NCBI RefSeq assembly: GCF_004010195.1 | Contig: NC_057718.1 | Location: 73,492,234-73,556,233 of the forward strand | Reading direction: 5' to 3' | Length of the DNA stretch: 64,000 nucleotides | DNA from: Chiloscyllium plagiosum | Taxonomy: Eukaryota | Part shown: piece by piece, positions 1-13,907 of the stretch | Layout of the letters: each line of letters begins with the position of its first letter | Position numbering within the stretch: the stretch's first letter is position 1 | Position numbers and translations under genes: made by a program | The notes under the pieces: model-generated | Seen by the model: the letters and a program-made list of their open reading frames with translations, nothing else | What the model was told of the DNA's origin: nothing | Database searches by the model: none

Positions 1-563
1 GTCTTCTGGCACTTCAACTTTGACTACAATAAATATTGCTGTAAGAGGCCCAACAATCACTTCCCTAGCTTCCCACAGAGTTCTAGGGTACATCTGATCA
101 GGTTCTGAGGATTTATCCACTTTTATGTCTTTCAAGAAATCCAGCACTTCCTCCTGTGTAACATTGACATTTTTCAAGATGTCACAAGTTATTTCCCTAC
201 ATTCTATATCTTCCATGTCCTTTTCCATAGTAAACACTGATGCAAAATACTCTTTTAGTATTTCCCTCATCTCCTGTGGCTCCACGCAAAGGTTGCCTCG
301 CTGATCTTTGAGAGGCCCTATTCTCTCCCTAGTTACCCTTTTGTCCTTAACATATTTGTAAAAACCCTTTGGATTCTCTGAACTCTGTTTGCCAAAGCTA
401 TCTCAAGTCCCCTTTTTGCCCTCCTGGTTTCCCTCTTAAGTATACTCCTACTGCCTCCATACTCTTCTAAGGATTCACTTGATCCAGCTTGTCTATACCT
501 GACATATGCTTTCTTCTTTTTCTTAACCAAACCCTCAATTTCTTTTGTCATCTAGCATTCCCT
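1..563 (-). mobile_element. CR1/HER1-like LINE ORF2 fragment (endonuclease-RT linker)
   Basis: Minus ORF 333-551 (KKKKAYVRYRQAGSSESLEEY...RRAKRG.EIALANR) is typical CR1 ORF2; bases 1-250 resemble the reverse complement of the CR1 copy at ~9690-9910. Confidence 0.85.
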
Positions 564-929
564 AGCAACACTCTACTGACTGGTTCTTAACACTGGCATT
601 GGCATTAAAAATACTGGATTGATTGTGTATTGTCATTTACTCACTACCTGACATGTAGGTACAACATCATATCTAACATGGCCTGGGAGAGTTATTTCAT
701 CTAATCACACACTTCTCAGCTCATTATCTATGCAAGTGAGATGTTGCACAATTTGCTCAGCAAATTCCATAGTGAGTGAACCAGAAGTTATCATCAATGA
801 CGAGACCTTCTAGGTTTGAAAGCTCTGGCACCATATTTAAAAACCAGTACATCAGATGTTGAAAGTCAAAATCTGCCACAGTGTTTTGGTTGCTCCAACA
901 ATAGAAGAGATATCATCAAAAGTGTCTTT

Positions 930-1135
930 GTGAATCCTTTCTTCAAACGTTGCTGGACAGGATCACAGGAAAACAGGTACATCCTCCTCCCGGTGAATAG
1001 AATCAGGAGGAATCGCTCACATCTATCTGACCTCACTGTAGATAGCAGCACAGATTGGAGCAATTGAACCCCACAAAAAGGATGGCAAATTCTGCCAGAG
1101 AACAGTAAATGATCTCCTGCAATTCACATGAGTAA
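930..1135 (+). mobile_element. Possible decayed PIF/Harbinger-type Myb/SANT-like ORF remnant
   Basis: Frameshifted translation FLQTLLDRITG/NRYILLP...FCQRTVNDLLQF followed by gagtaa; resembles Myb/SANT-like DNA-binding domains of Harbinger elements. Confidence 0.35.
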
Positions 1136-1515
1136 ATGGCATCATCTTTACCCTGCTATCTTTCACTCACAGGACTACTACTACTCTCACTCTAATTCTG
1201 TCATTGCCAATGTAGCTCACAGCCTCATAGCTTCCAAGCCTCAGGATTAAGTGTATGATGTGCGCTTAAGAGTCACACCCACTTCATCCTTTCAAACAAC
1301 TAACCCTTCTGCCCACTGCACTTCCAACTTACTCACTGGGAATATATTATTGCCTTGCAAGATTATGCTTGCTCATTAACTGCTGCTGCTGCACTCATTT
1401 TTATTGAGCTCAGTCCCTTTTTATCTCCTTGCAGAATAACGGGCCTCTATAGTACTCCAAGTATTCCTTCCTCTCAAAGAGACAGGATGGTGACTATAGG
1501 AATGCACAGGAATAA

Positions 1516-4500
1516 TCATGACAGATATGCACAAGAGCAGCTTCCATCCATGACCTTCTTGGACAGCCTAATAGTAAAATTAGACCTTTGGTCTGACTGA
1601 ATCTCTCTGGGTAGCCCATACCATGTGAAGAAAGCTACTAACTCCTCTAGTACCCTTTTTTGCCTTGATACTCCGTAATGGAATTGCCTTCGGAAATCTA
1701 GTAGACGCATCCATTATGGTTAACAAGTACTGGTTCCCACCTTTAGTTCTCAGGAATGGACCTACACAATCAATTATAACCTGTGTGAAAGGTTCTTCAA
1801 ATGTGGGAATTGGCAACAAAGGTGCTGGTTTTATTACCGTCTTGGATTACCTACCATTTGGCATGTATGACACGCATGGCAAAAAGTTAACCACATCCTT
1901 GTGCATTCCAGGCCAATAAAAATGGTTTTGTACCTTAGCCTGAGTTTTTCGTACACCTAGGTGACCTCATGTGCTACCTGTAACACTTCCTGTCTGTATG
2001 CTACCTGCAACACAATCTGGTGCACTTCGGCCCATTTCTCCTCTGCACTAACCCTCAGGAATATTCTCTGCCTCCTTTTCAGAGTACGTATCCACATATA
2101 TATCTTTTATCATCTTGTCTTTCTTTTGCAAGTCCCTTAGCCTTTCAGGACTAAACACTTTTCCCTGACCCTCTGCCTGTTCAGGTTTTTCCTGAACCTT
2201 TACATGAAGCAGGGTGACGGCAAACTGAACTTCAACTCCTTCATCTTTCTCTTTAGTTATTGCTTCATGCTGTGACTTATGATAGTGGGATCTGGTTGCT
2301 ACATAGTCTGGGAAAATATCAGGATATTTTTCTTTTCACTCCTCAGTTTCGCTGGTTTTCCTTGGCTTCTTCACAACAAAGGGTGTCACTCCCACCTTGG
2401 ATCCTGCCAAATCATTCCCAAGAACAAACTGGATTCCTGGAACTGACACTCTGTCAATCCTCCCACTGTTACTTCCCCAGTCTTGAGGTAGCACTCCAAC
2501 CTGATTTTACAAAGAGGAATGTTAAATTTCTGTCCATATATCCCACAAATTACCACACTCTCGGGTAACAGAACAGGAAGAGTGCAAATTTGCTCATCTC
2601 TTTCTATTAGAGATTTGTTAGATCCTGTATCTTTCAAAATTATAACTTTTTGTGCTTATCCCCCTGTTCTTTCTGAGTGTACTTTGCCCACAGAGGCGAA
2701 TTCTTTATAGAGATCAGCCACTAACTCCATACCCAGTCTGTGCCTAGGCTGTGCATTCTCCTGCAGCTCCTTGACTTTTCTTGGAGTTTCTTTTATTACT
2801 TTCACTAATACCACTGGCTTAGCTTCTTTTATCACATCTTTTCCCACAGTGCCTTACTTTAATGACCAGCACTGTGACTTTACGTGTCCCACTTTATCAC
2901 AGTGAAAACACCTGAGGCTTTTCATCTCCTTTCCACCCTCCTTCCAACCTTAACCTGTGGTAAACTCTTACTAGTGTTCTCTATTTTTGGTTTCATAGTA
3001 TAGGATCTCCCTTCCAAGTCTGACCTGGTTCCTTCTTCGTGTTTCTGAACCACTGTCTATCCACGTCTAGTACCAATTCAAGCATTTAAGATAGCCTGTT
3101 TGACCTCTTCATTATCTCTTGGCCCCTCATCTGACAGCACGGCAAATACCTCACTAGCTCTGCCTACCAGTTTAGTCTGAACTAGCATTACCCATAAATC
3201 CTCTGACCACCCCATCTGCCTAACCAATTTTTCACATGCAATGAAGAAGGCTTTGAAATCTTTCTCATCAAAATGTGGCAGGGTTTTGACATATTTGTAT
3301 ATATCACTGTCTTCTTTTTTAATCTCCATCCTGTTAACTTGACTTTGCTGACTAAGTTGCAACTTCTTAAGTTTGAATTCTTTCTCTTTTTGCTCAGCTA
3401 AGCACCTTCTCTCTCTTTCTTTTTCTTTTCTCTCTCTGTGTCTCTCTTTCTTTCTCCTCTCTCTCTTTCTTTGCTCAGCTAAGAACCTTCCCTCTCTTTC
3501 TGTTTCCTCACACTCTTCTCTCTCTTTCTTTCTCTCTCCCTCTCTTTTTTTCCTCCCTCTCTCTTTGTTTATCTTCTAACTACATTTTCCTCAATTATAG
3601 TTTAAGTTTTTCTAACTCTACTACACTTGTCCCCATTTCTCTGACACACCTAAGAGCTTGCGTAATTCCCTTACAATTTCAGCTTTAGTTTTGTCCTTGG
3701 TTAGACCCAATTCTAACCTCTTTGCTAATTCTAATATTATCATCTTTTCTTTTCTTTCTCAAATTTCTTGGCAAATTTAGGAATCATCTTAAGAGCCATT
3801 TCTCTCAGTTTTAATTTAACCAACCACAAGTAACCAAAATTAAACAAATTGTCTCACCTACATTTTATTTAAAGATCTAGGACACTAACCGGCAAGTGTT
3901 TAAATCTACGGGGATTTTCTCGTTCCCCAAATCTGTTCAAATCTGTCCAAACCTCAGACTGGATCTGTCTAAAGCTGTTCAGATCATGGAAAGAAGTCCC
4001 CAAATTGTTATGACACGGGGTAAACCCCTCTGCTAATTTAAACCCAATACACAGGTAAGCTCACCTCACACTGTAATCTTTTAAATTTTGAGAAGCAGTG
4101 AACTATCCCAGATCTCACTATTTAAAGTAAAAATTAACAATTTTATTCTTTAAGTCCAAAAGAGAACATTAAAACTAACAACTATTTACAACTCCTGTCT
4201 CTTAAACCTATCATTTACCTCCCACTCTATAATACTGGTCTGATTTTTTTTTAGAAATAAGATTTACATAAAATTTAATGTTTAAAATTTAATGTTTCAA
4301 ACCAGGCAGCTTTATCAATTCTCCTTTGTAGATTTTCTTCTGTGATTTTTCTCTTTATCAATTCTCCTTTGTAGATTTTCTTCTGTAGATTTTTCTCTGT
4401 ATTTTCCTGGGTCATCTTTTCTTTGGTCTTCTGCTGCACAACTTTTCTTATGGACAGGTACCTTTCAGAAAGCTATTCGGTTAGCAGTCTGTACTTGTTA

Positions 4501-4815
4501 GTGTCCTTTGCTGTTCTCCCCCTAACTATTCAAAATGTCCGATTTTATACCCCAAAACTTCAGATCATTTCATTGGTTTGATGTCATCCCAAATAGTAAC
4601 ATTCAGATTTGATTGGAATTTGGTATCTGGAACATAGTTTAAACTGATTGACTGAACTTAAATTTGTTTTTGTACCATAGCAATACAGCGCCAGCTATTT
4701 GTGTCAACCAAATGTTATGTATTTGAATTGTTCAGTATATTCTGTGCTTTCAGTTAATCCTTGCTAGCTTCCTCTCTCTCTTAAAGGTACAGCACACACA
4801 TAAACCGTCATAGCA
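1516..4815 (-). mobile_element. Gmr1-like Gypsy LTR retrotransposon, 3'-truncated (LTR-PBS-gag-PR-INT, no RT)
   Basis: Minus strand in order: LTR 4815-4006; degenerate tRNA-Pro-like PBS (~4004-3991); gag (LPHFDEKDFKAFFIACEKL..LVGRASEVF); CCHC knuckle RCFHCDKVGHVKSQCW (2913-2866); protease DTGS (~2630); then integrase (GHLGVRKT..FYWPGM..CHACHTCQ, IIDCVGP..LTIMDASTRFP, YGLPREIQSDQRSNF). Confidence 0.9.
4006..4815 (-). repeat. 5' LTR of the Gmr1-like element
   Basis: Terminal inverted ends TGTTATGAC...GTCATAGCA, adjacent to the PBS; internal ~43-bp tandem duplication at ~4310-4400. Confidence 0.8.
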
Positions 4816-5199
4816 CACTCTAAAGTGTCCTGCCCTTCCACCTCTCCATTGTCAGTGTTCCCAGTCCCTCCTGCAGTTAAAGTTGAGGAGGGTAGGCCTG
4901 CATTTGGGAAGGGAACACCCACCCAAATCTTCAAAGTTAACTGGGCATACCATACAGCAGCTTTTGTCTGGTCTGGTCTGGTAGTCAGGCCTGCACCTAG
5001 ACATAGTGGGAGGGAAAGGAAGAACAAAATATTCTGAGGGTACATCAGTAGCATAGTGTTTAAGAGTTGTACAGTACGTTCACTTCCACTATTATAATAT
5101 CTGCTGTTGTCTTATTATCACAGTAGTGTTTAGAGTAATAATATTAAAGATGTGGGGCATCTTCAAGCAGCAAAAGGATGACTGCAATACACTTGACAG

Positions 5200-6198
5200 A
5201 TGATTCCTTTCTTATAATTGTACCCTTTCTTTTATATTGTCATTTTGCTCTTTTTTACCAAAATTAATCATTACACACTTTATACATTAACTTTCATCAA
5301 CTTCCTATCTGTCCAGGCTGACTTTGTTCTTTTCAATATCTACATTAACCCCCTCTTAGCTTACAATACTTCCAGGTTTTGTATCATCCACAAATTTTAC
5401 AATTCTACCCTCTACCAAGGCCTGGATCATTAACAAAAATATTTTATAACAGCGACTTTGTGGAAAATCTGCTATACACCTTCCTCCAAAAACAACCCAT
5501 TAACCGTTACTCTGTTATTGTCAGCGAGTTCCATATTCACGTTGCTACTGTTCCTTTTCTTTATATGAACTATAACTTTGTTCAGAAGGCTGCAGTGTTG
5601 TACTATTGGAAAACCATTTCCCTGTACATTACCTTTATCAGACCTTCTCTATCGCCTGAACAAAAAAAATTCAATCAAATGAGTTAAACACAATTTGTAC
5701 TGAATGATTTAATTCTGGCTTTCTTAATTTCCCAAACATTTTCCCAAGGGATAATTCATTTTGTCTAAAATTATTCTTTCTAGATGTTTTCCATCATTGA
5801 GGTTTGACTGACTACATTTTAGCTGTTGGACACATCTTTGCATCCTTTTTGAAAAAGGCTGCAACATTTCTAATTCTCCAGTCCTCTTGCACTACCCTTA
5901 AGTGCAAGGAAGTTTGGAAAATCATGGGCAATGCCTCCACAATTTCACTCTTTCTTCCTTTAATGTCCTTGGTGCCTTGTCATTTTTATATACAGACAGC
6001 CTCCTTATCAATTTTAAATTCTTCAAGCATTTGAACCATGTATTTTTTTCATCATGAACTGCACAGCATCATTTTCCTTAAGATAAATCTAAAATTTTCA
6101 ATTAATACATTAGCCATGCCCTCTAACTTGATGTATAAATTCCTCTTTGATATTAAGCAACTCACTCCTCCTTCTACCAATCTTTTACTGTTAAATAC
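5200..6198 (-). mobile_element. Old, highly decayed CR1 LINE remnant (resumes ~7134-7260 after LTR insertion)
   Basis: Patchy reverse-complement similarity to CR1 RT-region sequence seen in the other copies. Confidence 0.5.
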
Positions 6199-7133
6199 TG
6201 TTGTGACACAGAAACAGCAAGCCAAACCAAATCAACCTCCCTGTTCCTGGATTGCAACACAATAAAATTAAAACATTCAATGGTTCTCAAAATCACTTGA
6301 TTGCTCCTAACTAGACTTTAAAAAGAACAGATATCAGATGGAAATTTTAACTTGAACAGAAGTTAACAACTTTTAAATTAATAATGTAAATTTAGCAGAG
6401 CTTTAATAAACAACAAGGCAATCTACTTAATATCTATGACTTAAGTCCAATCTTTAATCAGAACCACCACTCACATGTTGACAGACATAGTTAAGAGATA
6501 AATTAAAGAAAAAGGAATATAATGTGCCAGTTCAACAGTTTTGTGATGGGTACCAGGCCTTCAGAAATCCTGGATTAATGGAGTTGTTCATAGGCAGTGA
6601 CTTGAAATCCAAAGTCACCAATCAAGCAGACAGGTTGAGTAGACTTCCACAATTATACTCCCACTTATTACAGAGGGCATTTTTATGTCAGGGAACTAGC
6701 AAGTTGACAATTGCAGAGAATACCAAAGAAAAAGAGAGCAAAACACAGCAGCACCACCCAGTTGTTTTTTTCAAAACACACTTGTGGCTTCGAAAGCCCA
6801 GTCAGAACTAGTTCACTCAATATTTCCTCTCTTTAACCGACATTCTCTGTAATTGATGCCCAGCACCAATCCACCCTTGATTCACCAATCAACATTCATC
6901 TAGTTTCTAGTCCTGACTTTAGAACACCTTGGTATCCAAAATGCCTACAACGTTCTTACAACAATAATTATCTTGCAATTATCTTTCCAGGCTAGTTTCC
7001 AAAAACAAACATCAGTTTGTTTGCTCCTCATCCTTTCCAAAACAAGCCACTGTTCAAAGCTTAAAATTCTCAACTTTATGGTTATAAACCAAAAATGAGG
7101 GAAAATAAAAATAAAATAACGAAGGCCTCAATA
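6199..7133. repeat. Probable solo LTR inserted in old CR1
   Basis: Starts TGTTGTGAC; interrupts CR1-like sequence; first ~300 bp similar to 23646-23970. Confidence 0.55.
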
Positions 7134-8489
7134 ATGCCGATAGATTCCCTTTTATGTTACCTACTGTTAGGGACAGTTTTCTCTTATGATCACCTTTTCC
7201 CAGACTGAGACATTTGGAAGCTTCAGTGATGTTTATTTGTGCACATACAAAGGAGATGCACTCTTCTGGTCAGAAAAGTGAATATCCCTGATCTGCTACA
7301 GAATATTCATTTTATTGCTTTTTCTTGAGGAAACCTTCTGAACTCATCTCTTTTTTTTAGCTTTGTTTTTTTTTCCCTGACCCAAAGGGGGCCCAGCAAT
7401 AATACTTATATTTTTCCAACATCACCCATGGTTGTGCGTAGATGTGTAGAGACTCAGTAAAAACACACCATTGTGCAAACACTTTATTTCATATTGTCAA
7501 TCACAAGGAAAACACTCAAGTGGCCAATGAACCATTAACTAGCAAAGTCAGATAAGGGCAATGCCTACATGAAAGAACATTATTTTTATGCAACCTGTAC
7601 ACGGGTGTTACTTTATTTGAACATAACAATCACCATTATGACATATGATTCCATTCATCCTATCATGGTTATAGTCCATGCATGATGTTTGAATAGTAAA
7701 TGAATACCATGGCATTTGCACAGGAAGGAGTGAAGGTAAATACATATCCCACTGCTGAATCTCTAATCTTGTTTTGTGGGGACACTGGGGACATCATATG
7801 TATTCATTTCACAATGGAGTAATGTCATAAGGTGCTATATCTAGCCTTCTTCTCACGAGAAAAGAACCATTTATTTTAACCCTTTCTCCTATGTTTGTGC
7901 ACTGTCTATTTTGTTTAAGTATAAATCCAAGCAATCCTAATATCTGAAATAATTCAACTTTTTTTTTATGCCACATTACTATCTTAAGATTTATAAAATT
8001 TTTATTTTAACTGATTTTTCCCCTTACACCTACCATTCTTATCTAATACTTTCTCATTATGGAATGTCAAATTTTTGAATGATGGAGCAAACTCAAGAAG
8101 TCAAATGTCTGCCTCCTACTCTTATTTCTTATAGTCTTATGTTCTTAAGTATAATTAGGCTTTGGCTACAATAGCAGGCCAAGCGTTGTTTACACTATGA
8201 TGAGAAGCTTTTCATGATATGACAAGAGAATGCCTCACATCAGCTGCAAGGCTTAACTCAGCAGTATAATCGAATATTGTTATATTGGTCCACTCCTTTA
8301 GATAAAGACAGCATGTGCCACAATCTGGTAGATCTGTTTGTCAGCCTTTCAGCTTTTGTGCTGGAGTGGCTGTAGAATGCTGTCTCCAATATTTTAAACA
8401 ATATGTCTGTAAAAAATAAAGAGATTCTGTTTATTTCTCTAAGCTCAATTTTATTTTTAATATTATAGGGATGAGTGTTGCTATAGTAC

Positions 8490-8786
8490 ACACAGTGGTT
8501 AGCACTGCTGCCTCACAGCGCCAGAGACCCGGGTTCAATTCCCGCCTCAGGCAACTGACTGTGTGGAGTTTGCACATTCTCCCCGTGTCTGCGTGGGTTT
8601 CTTTCGGATGGTCTGGTTTCCTCCCATAGTCCAAAAATGTGCAGGTTAGGTGAATTGGCCATGCTAAATTGCCCATAGTGTTAGATAAGGGGTAAATGTA
8701 GGGGTATGGGTGGTTTGCGCTTCGGTGGGTCGGTGTGGACTTGTTGGGCCGAAGGGCCTGTTTCCACACTGTAGGTAATATAATCT
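8490..8786 (+). mobile_element. HE1-like tRNA-derived SINE
   Basis: Pol III A box (AGTGGTTAGCA) and B box (GGTTCAATTCC), core GTGTGGAGTTTGCACATTCTCCCCGTGTCTGCGTGGGTTT, LINE-like tail GGCCGAAGGGCCTGTTTCCACACTGTA. Confidence 0.92.
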
Positions 8787-9689
8787 ACACTTTAAACCAT
8801 GTACAATTTTCCCAAAAAAACTACATAGAAAAACAAATAATCCATTCTGAGGAGAGAAATGCATTTAGTAAACATTTATGGGGTGCACTTACTCCTAAAA
8901 ATTGATTGTTGCATGCACAATCAATTCAAAGACCAATATTACCATTCATGTCAACTGACATTTTAGGACCATGAGCTACTAGAAAAACACTTTCTAGGCA
9001 TGAGAATTTCACAAATGATTCCCATTTTAAAACTTTATGCAAGTAATTCAAATTAATTATTACCATAATGTTAGCTCTGACATAAGTGCCCTTTTAGTAT
9101 TCCTTCTCAATGTGCTTCCGTAGTGGTTAGAGGATTGAAAGTGGATGGGTATAGGCTGTTACTCAGTCTTGAAGCACACAAGATCTGTAATATCTAATAC
9201 TCGGATTTTAGACTGCTGTAGCTCAATGCAGTTTAGCACCAGGTTGGGTAGGATTCAGATGCAGTCATCTGGTGAGATGGCAACATGTTCCTGCCTCATC
9301 ATAGGACCTGCCTGTTGACAGGCTATGGTGTGCTTTCCCAACGTTCCATGATTCTCCAGAAGCCTTTTTCCAGGGGCCATCACCTGCACAAATGTGGTTC
9401 TCTGCTGGTCACTTGCCCTACACCTTCTTGGTTGCATCAGATAATTTAAAATTCCTGGATGAAACTGTGCTGCTTATTGTTTTAAAAAAATAAGCTTTTA
9501 ACAAACTTCCACAGACACATTATCTTCCTGAGCTTTTAAGTAGTTGTTGAATTCCCTGCCGTCCCTATGGACAAGTGCCTCATGGGAAAATCAATCGCAT
9601 GCAATTAAACAGTACCTATCTGCATGGGTTTATATATTTTTTCTGTTATATATACCAAGAAATATATTCTTATATTCTTTATGATTTTA

Positions 9690-11625
9690 CATCAGTATTT
9701 ACTGTATTTACTGTGGAAAAGGATATGGAAGATGTAGACTGTAGGGAAATAGATGGTGACATCTTGCAAAATGTCCATATTATACAGAGGAGGAAGTGCT
9801 GGATGTCTTGAAATGGGTAACGGTAGATAAATCCCCAGGACCCGATCAGGTACCCTAGAGCTCTGTGGGAAGCTAGAGAAGTAATTGCTGGGCCTCTTGC
9901 TGAGATATTTGTATCATCGATAGTCACAGGTGAGGTGCCAGAAGACTGGTTGGCTAACATGGTGCCACTGTTTAAGAAGGGTGGTAAGGACAAGCCAGGG
10001 AATTATAGACCAGTGAGCCTGACGTCGGTGGTGGGCAAGTTTAGATTAGATTACATTAGTGTGGAAACAGGCCCTTCGGCCCAACAAGTCCACACCAACC
10101 CGCCGAAGCGTAACCCACCCATACCCCTACATTTACCCCTTACCTAACACTACGGGCAATTTAGCATGGCCAATTCATCTGACCTGCATATCTTTGAACT
10201 GTGGGAGGAAACCGGAGCACCCAGAGGAGACCCACGCAGACATGGGGAGAATGTGCAAACTCCACACAGTCAATCGCCTGAGGCGGGAAGTTGTTGGAGG
10301 GAATCCTGATGGACAGGATGTACATGTATTTGGAAAGGCAAGGATTGATTAGGGATAGTCAACATGGCTTTGTGTGTGGGAAATCATGTCTCACAAACTT
10401 GATTGAGTTTTTGAGGAAGCAACAAAGGGGATTGATGAGGGCAGAGTGGTAGATATGATCTATATGGACTTCAGTAAGGTGTTCAACAAGGTTCCCCATG
10501 GGAGACTGATTAACAAGGTTAAATCTCACGGAATACAGGGAGAACTAGCCATTTGGATACAGAACTGGCTCAAAGGTAGAAGACAGAGGGTTGTTTTTCA
10601 AACTGGAGGCCTGTGACCAGTGGAGTGTCACAAGGATCGGTGCTGGGCCCTCTACTTTTTGTCATTTATATAAATGATTTGGATGCAAGAATAAGAGGTA
10701 CAGTTAGTAAGTTTGCAGATGACACCAAAATTGGAGGTGTAGTGGACAGTGAAGAGGGTTATCTCAGATTACAACAGGATCTTGATCAGATAGGCCAATG
10801 GGCTGAGAAGTGGCAGATGGAGTTCAATTTAGGTAAATGAGAGGTGCTGTATTTTGGGAAAGCAAATCTTAGCAGGACTTTACACTTAATAGTAAGGTCC
10901 TAGGGAGTATTGCTGAACCAGGAGACCTTGGAGTGCAAGTTTAGAGCTCCTTGAAAGTGGAGTCACAGGTAGATAGGATAGTGAAGAAGGTGCTTGGTAT
11001 GCTTTCCTTTATTGGTCAGAGTACTGAGTATAGGAGTCGGGAGGTCATGTTGCGGCTGTACAGGACATTGGTTAGACTACTGTTGGAATATTGCATGCAA
11101 TTCTGGTCTCCTTCCTATTGGAAAGATTTGTGAAACTTGAAAGGGTTCAGAAAAGATTTACAAGGATGTTGCCAGGGTTGGAGGATTTGAGCTATAGGGA
11201 GAGGTTGAATACGCTAGGACTGTTTTCCTGGAGCATCGGAGGCTGACAGGTGGCCTTATAGAGGTTTACAAAATCATGGATAGGATAAATAGACAAAGTC
11301 TTTTCCCTGAGATCGGGGAATCTAGAACTAGAGGGCATAAGTTTAGGGTGAGAGGGGAAAGATACAAAAGAGACCTATGGGACAACTTTTTCACACAGAG
11401 GGTGGTACGTGTATGGAATGAGCTGCCAGAGGAAGTGGTGGAGGCTGGTACAATTGTAACATTTAAGAGGCATTTAGATGGGTAAAAGAATAGAAAGAGT
11501 TTGGAGTGATATGGGCCAGGTGCTGGCAGGTGGGACTAGATTGGGTTGGGATATCTGATCGGCATGGACGGTTTGGACCGAAGGTTCTGTTTCCATGCTG
11601 TACATCTCTATGACTCTATGACTGT
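9690..11625 (+). mobile_element. CR1/HER1-like LINE, 5'-truncated RT-encoding ORF2 pseudogene
   Basis: PEDW.ANMVPLFKKG..PGNYRPVSLTSVVGK, SGVSQGSVLGPLLF.IYINDL, KFADDTK, FFTQRVVRVWNELP; 3' tail (CTCTATGA)n. Confidence 0.95.
10041..10289 (-). mobile_element. HE1-like SINE nested in the CR1
   Basis: Reverse complement of HE1 core with (TAGAT)n tail; CR1 frame resumes after it (AAGTT on both sides). Confidence 0.9.
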
Positions 11626-12399
11626 ACGACTGAACTGACTACTTCTCAGCAAGGAAAATATCTGTTTCTTAGCTACTATATTACAAAAGAATCATAACTT
11701 GAATATAATTCAATATGTTTTTGTGAAATGTTTTAATTTCCTGTAGAATAAAATACAAAGTGAAACACACAAAATATGAAAGTGCAGAACAGTAGGATAT
11801 TATTAAATCATACTTTAATATGTTATAAAGTCTCTTTTATAATTAACTGTTACAGCCAACCTGAAGTCTCCAGATAGATTTTATGAAAATCGGTCTTGGT
11901 TAATAGCAAATATCATAGAATAGATTTTCAATGAAATATTCTTTCAATATCTTTGAAAGCCCTGAAGAAATAGAATAGCAATTCTGGTATTTCTCTGGTC
12001 TTTTTACTTATCTGTCATCAACATTGTGGTGGGAATCGGGGACTTCTAAAAATTCAATCCTCTTATGTTTAACATAATTATAAGTTTATGTTTGAAGGCA
12101 AATAATATTGGGCCCATTATAGACCCGGATTTTCCAGCACTTTGTTTGAGGTTGGGGTGAGTGTGTGTGGCCAGAGTGTATAAAGTTGGAAGATGTTAGT
12201 GTGACTGCTCAACATCTTCACGTTGTTTTTCAATATTCCTGATTGTAGCAGGTATGGCGGGAGGATACCGTACACAGCCATGAGGCTAATTATGAATTCT
12301 ATTTCACAAATTGCACACAAGGCCTAGCTTTATAGTTTCACCTAGTGAAAACAGACGGTCAGAAAAAAGAAGTTTAGTTCTGGATGTCTCCAGCAAGCT

Positions 12400-12640
12400 T
12401 TGAGAAAGGCACCTTGCAGAAGGTGTGGCAGTCCAGGCACATTCTCCCCATATCTGCATGGGTTTCTGCCAGGTGCTCCAGTTTTCTCCCACAGTCCAAA
12501 GATGTGCAGGTTAGGTGATTTGGCCACAATAAGTGTGGAGTTTCAGGGATGGAATGGGGTGGTGGGTCTGGGTAGGATGCTGAAGCTTGGTGGATGTGGT
12601 GCCAATTAAGTGGGCTGTTTAGTGCTGAATGGTGTCAACA
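12400..12640 (+). mobile_element. Decayed HE1-like SINE
   Basis: GCACATTCTCCCCATATCTGCATGGGTTTC...CCCACAGTCCAAAGATGTGCAGGTTAGG core. Confidence 0.75.
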
Positions 12641-13334
12641 TTCTTGAGTTTTCATCACACCCCTGACTTATGCCTTGCAGTTTGTGGATAGGCTTTGGGG
12701 AATGGGAGGTGATTACTGGCTGCAGTATTCTTAGCCTTTGAACTGTCCTGTAGCCAACTAATTTATATGGCAATTGTAGTTCAATTGCGGTCGGTAGTAA
12801 CACCGACAATGTTGATAATGAGGGATTCACTGATGGTAATGCTATTGAAGAGGAAGTGATGGCATTCCCATATGTCCCCTTATTCTGATATAATGATGAG
12901 TCATACCAGACGCAAAACATAATTCTGTTTCTCTTTCCACGCATGCAGCCAGATCTGCTGAAATTCTCCAGCATTCTCTGTGTTTGTTCCCCTCATTCTG
13001 TAACTGTCCCCAAGATCAAGATTCCCCCAGTAACCTTCTGAAAATCTAATCTGTTTAGCCTATCTAAGTACTTGTTCATGTCAGGAGTCAGTCTAGGGAA
13101 TCTCTTTTGAAAGATCTTCAATGCCAATATGTCCTTTCTTCAATATGGGGACAAAAACAGTACACAGTCTTCAAGAGGCAGTCTTGTCAACAGCCTGCAC
13201 TATTATTGTAAGACATCCCTGTTAAACGCCAACTCGTGAGCAAGAAAGGCCAAAATTCAATTTGCCACCGAAATTACTTGCTGCTTATATATGCTAACAT
13301 TTTGTGTTTTATGTGCAAGAAAGCCCATATCCTT

Positions 13335-13890
13335 CTGTATTACATTTTATTGGAATCAGGAGACAGAGGGTGGTGGTAGAAGCCTGTTTTTGTGACTGGA
13401 GGCGGAGTCCAGGGGTGTACTATAGTGTTGGACTCTTTATTGTTTGTGACAGAGATAAACAATTTAGATAAACGTGTGGGGGTGAGTGGGGATGATAAGT
13501 AAGTTTGCAGATGATACAAGAATTAACCTGGTGGTTGCCAGCGAGGGAGAAGGTCTCAGGTACAAGAGGACTTTGATGAACTGATCAGATTGGCAGATCA
13601 GTTGGATGGCATGGTGGTTCAGTGGGTTAGCACTGCTGTCTCACAGCATCAGGGACTTAGGTTCGATTCCACTCTTGGACAACTGTGTGCATGGAGTTTG
13701 CACATTCTTGCCATATTTGTGTTGGTTTCCTCTGTGCTCCAGTTTTCTCCCACAGTCCAAAAAATGTGCAGGTTGGGTGGATTGGCCATGCTAAATTATC
13801 CATAGCATCCAACAATTGGAAAACAGAACAAGGCAAGTGAATATTGAATGAATGGCAGGACACTAGGAAACTCAGAAGAACAAATCTTAG
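13335..13890 (+). mobile_element. Decayed CR1 RT fragment with nested HE1-like SINE (~13605-13805)
   Basis: KFADDT motif (AAGTTTGCAGATGATACA ~13501) and HE1 core. Confidence 0.75.
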
Positions 13891-13907
13891 CTCCACAGCT
13901 CATACAA

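Noticed and set aside
8258..8430. Strong minus-strand splice-acceptor-like tract (CTCTTTATTTTTTACAG) with a short open frame
   Set aside because: No recognisable protein and no supporting exon; a non-coding exon cannot be excluded
8490..8560. tRNA-like sequences here and at 18403, 38519 and 51081
   Set aside because: They are SINE heads continuing into HE1 core and tail, not tRNA genes
9255..9437. GC-richer island with a 60-aa ORF
   Set aside because: No identifiable product
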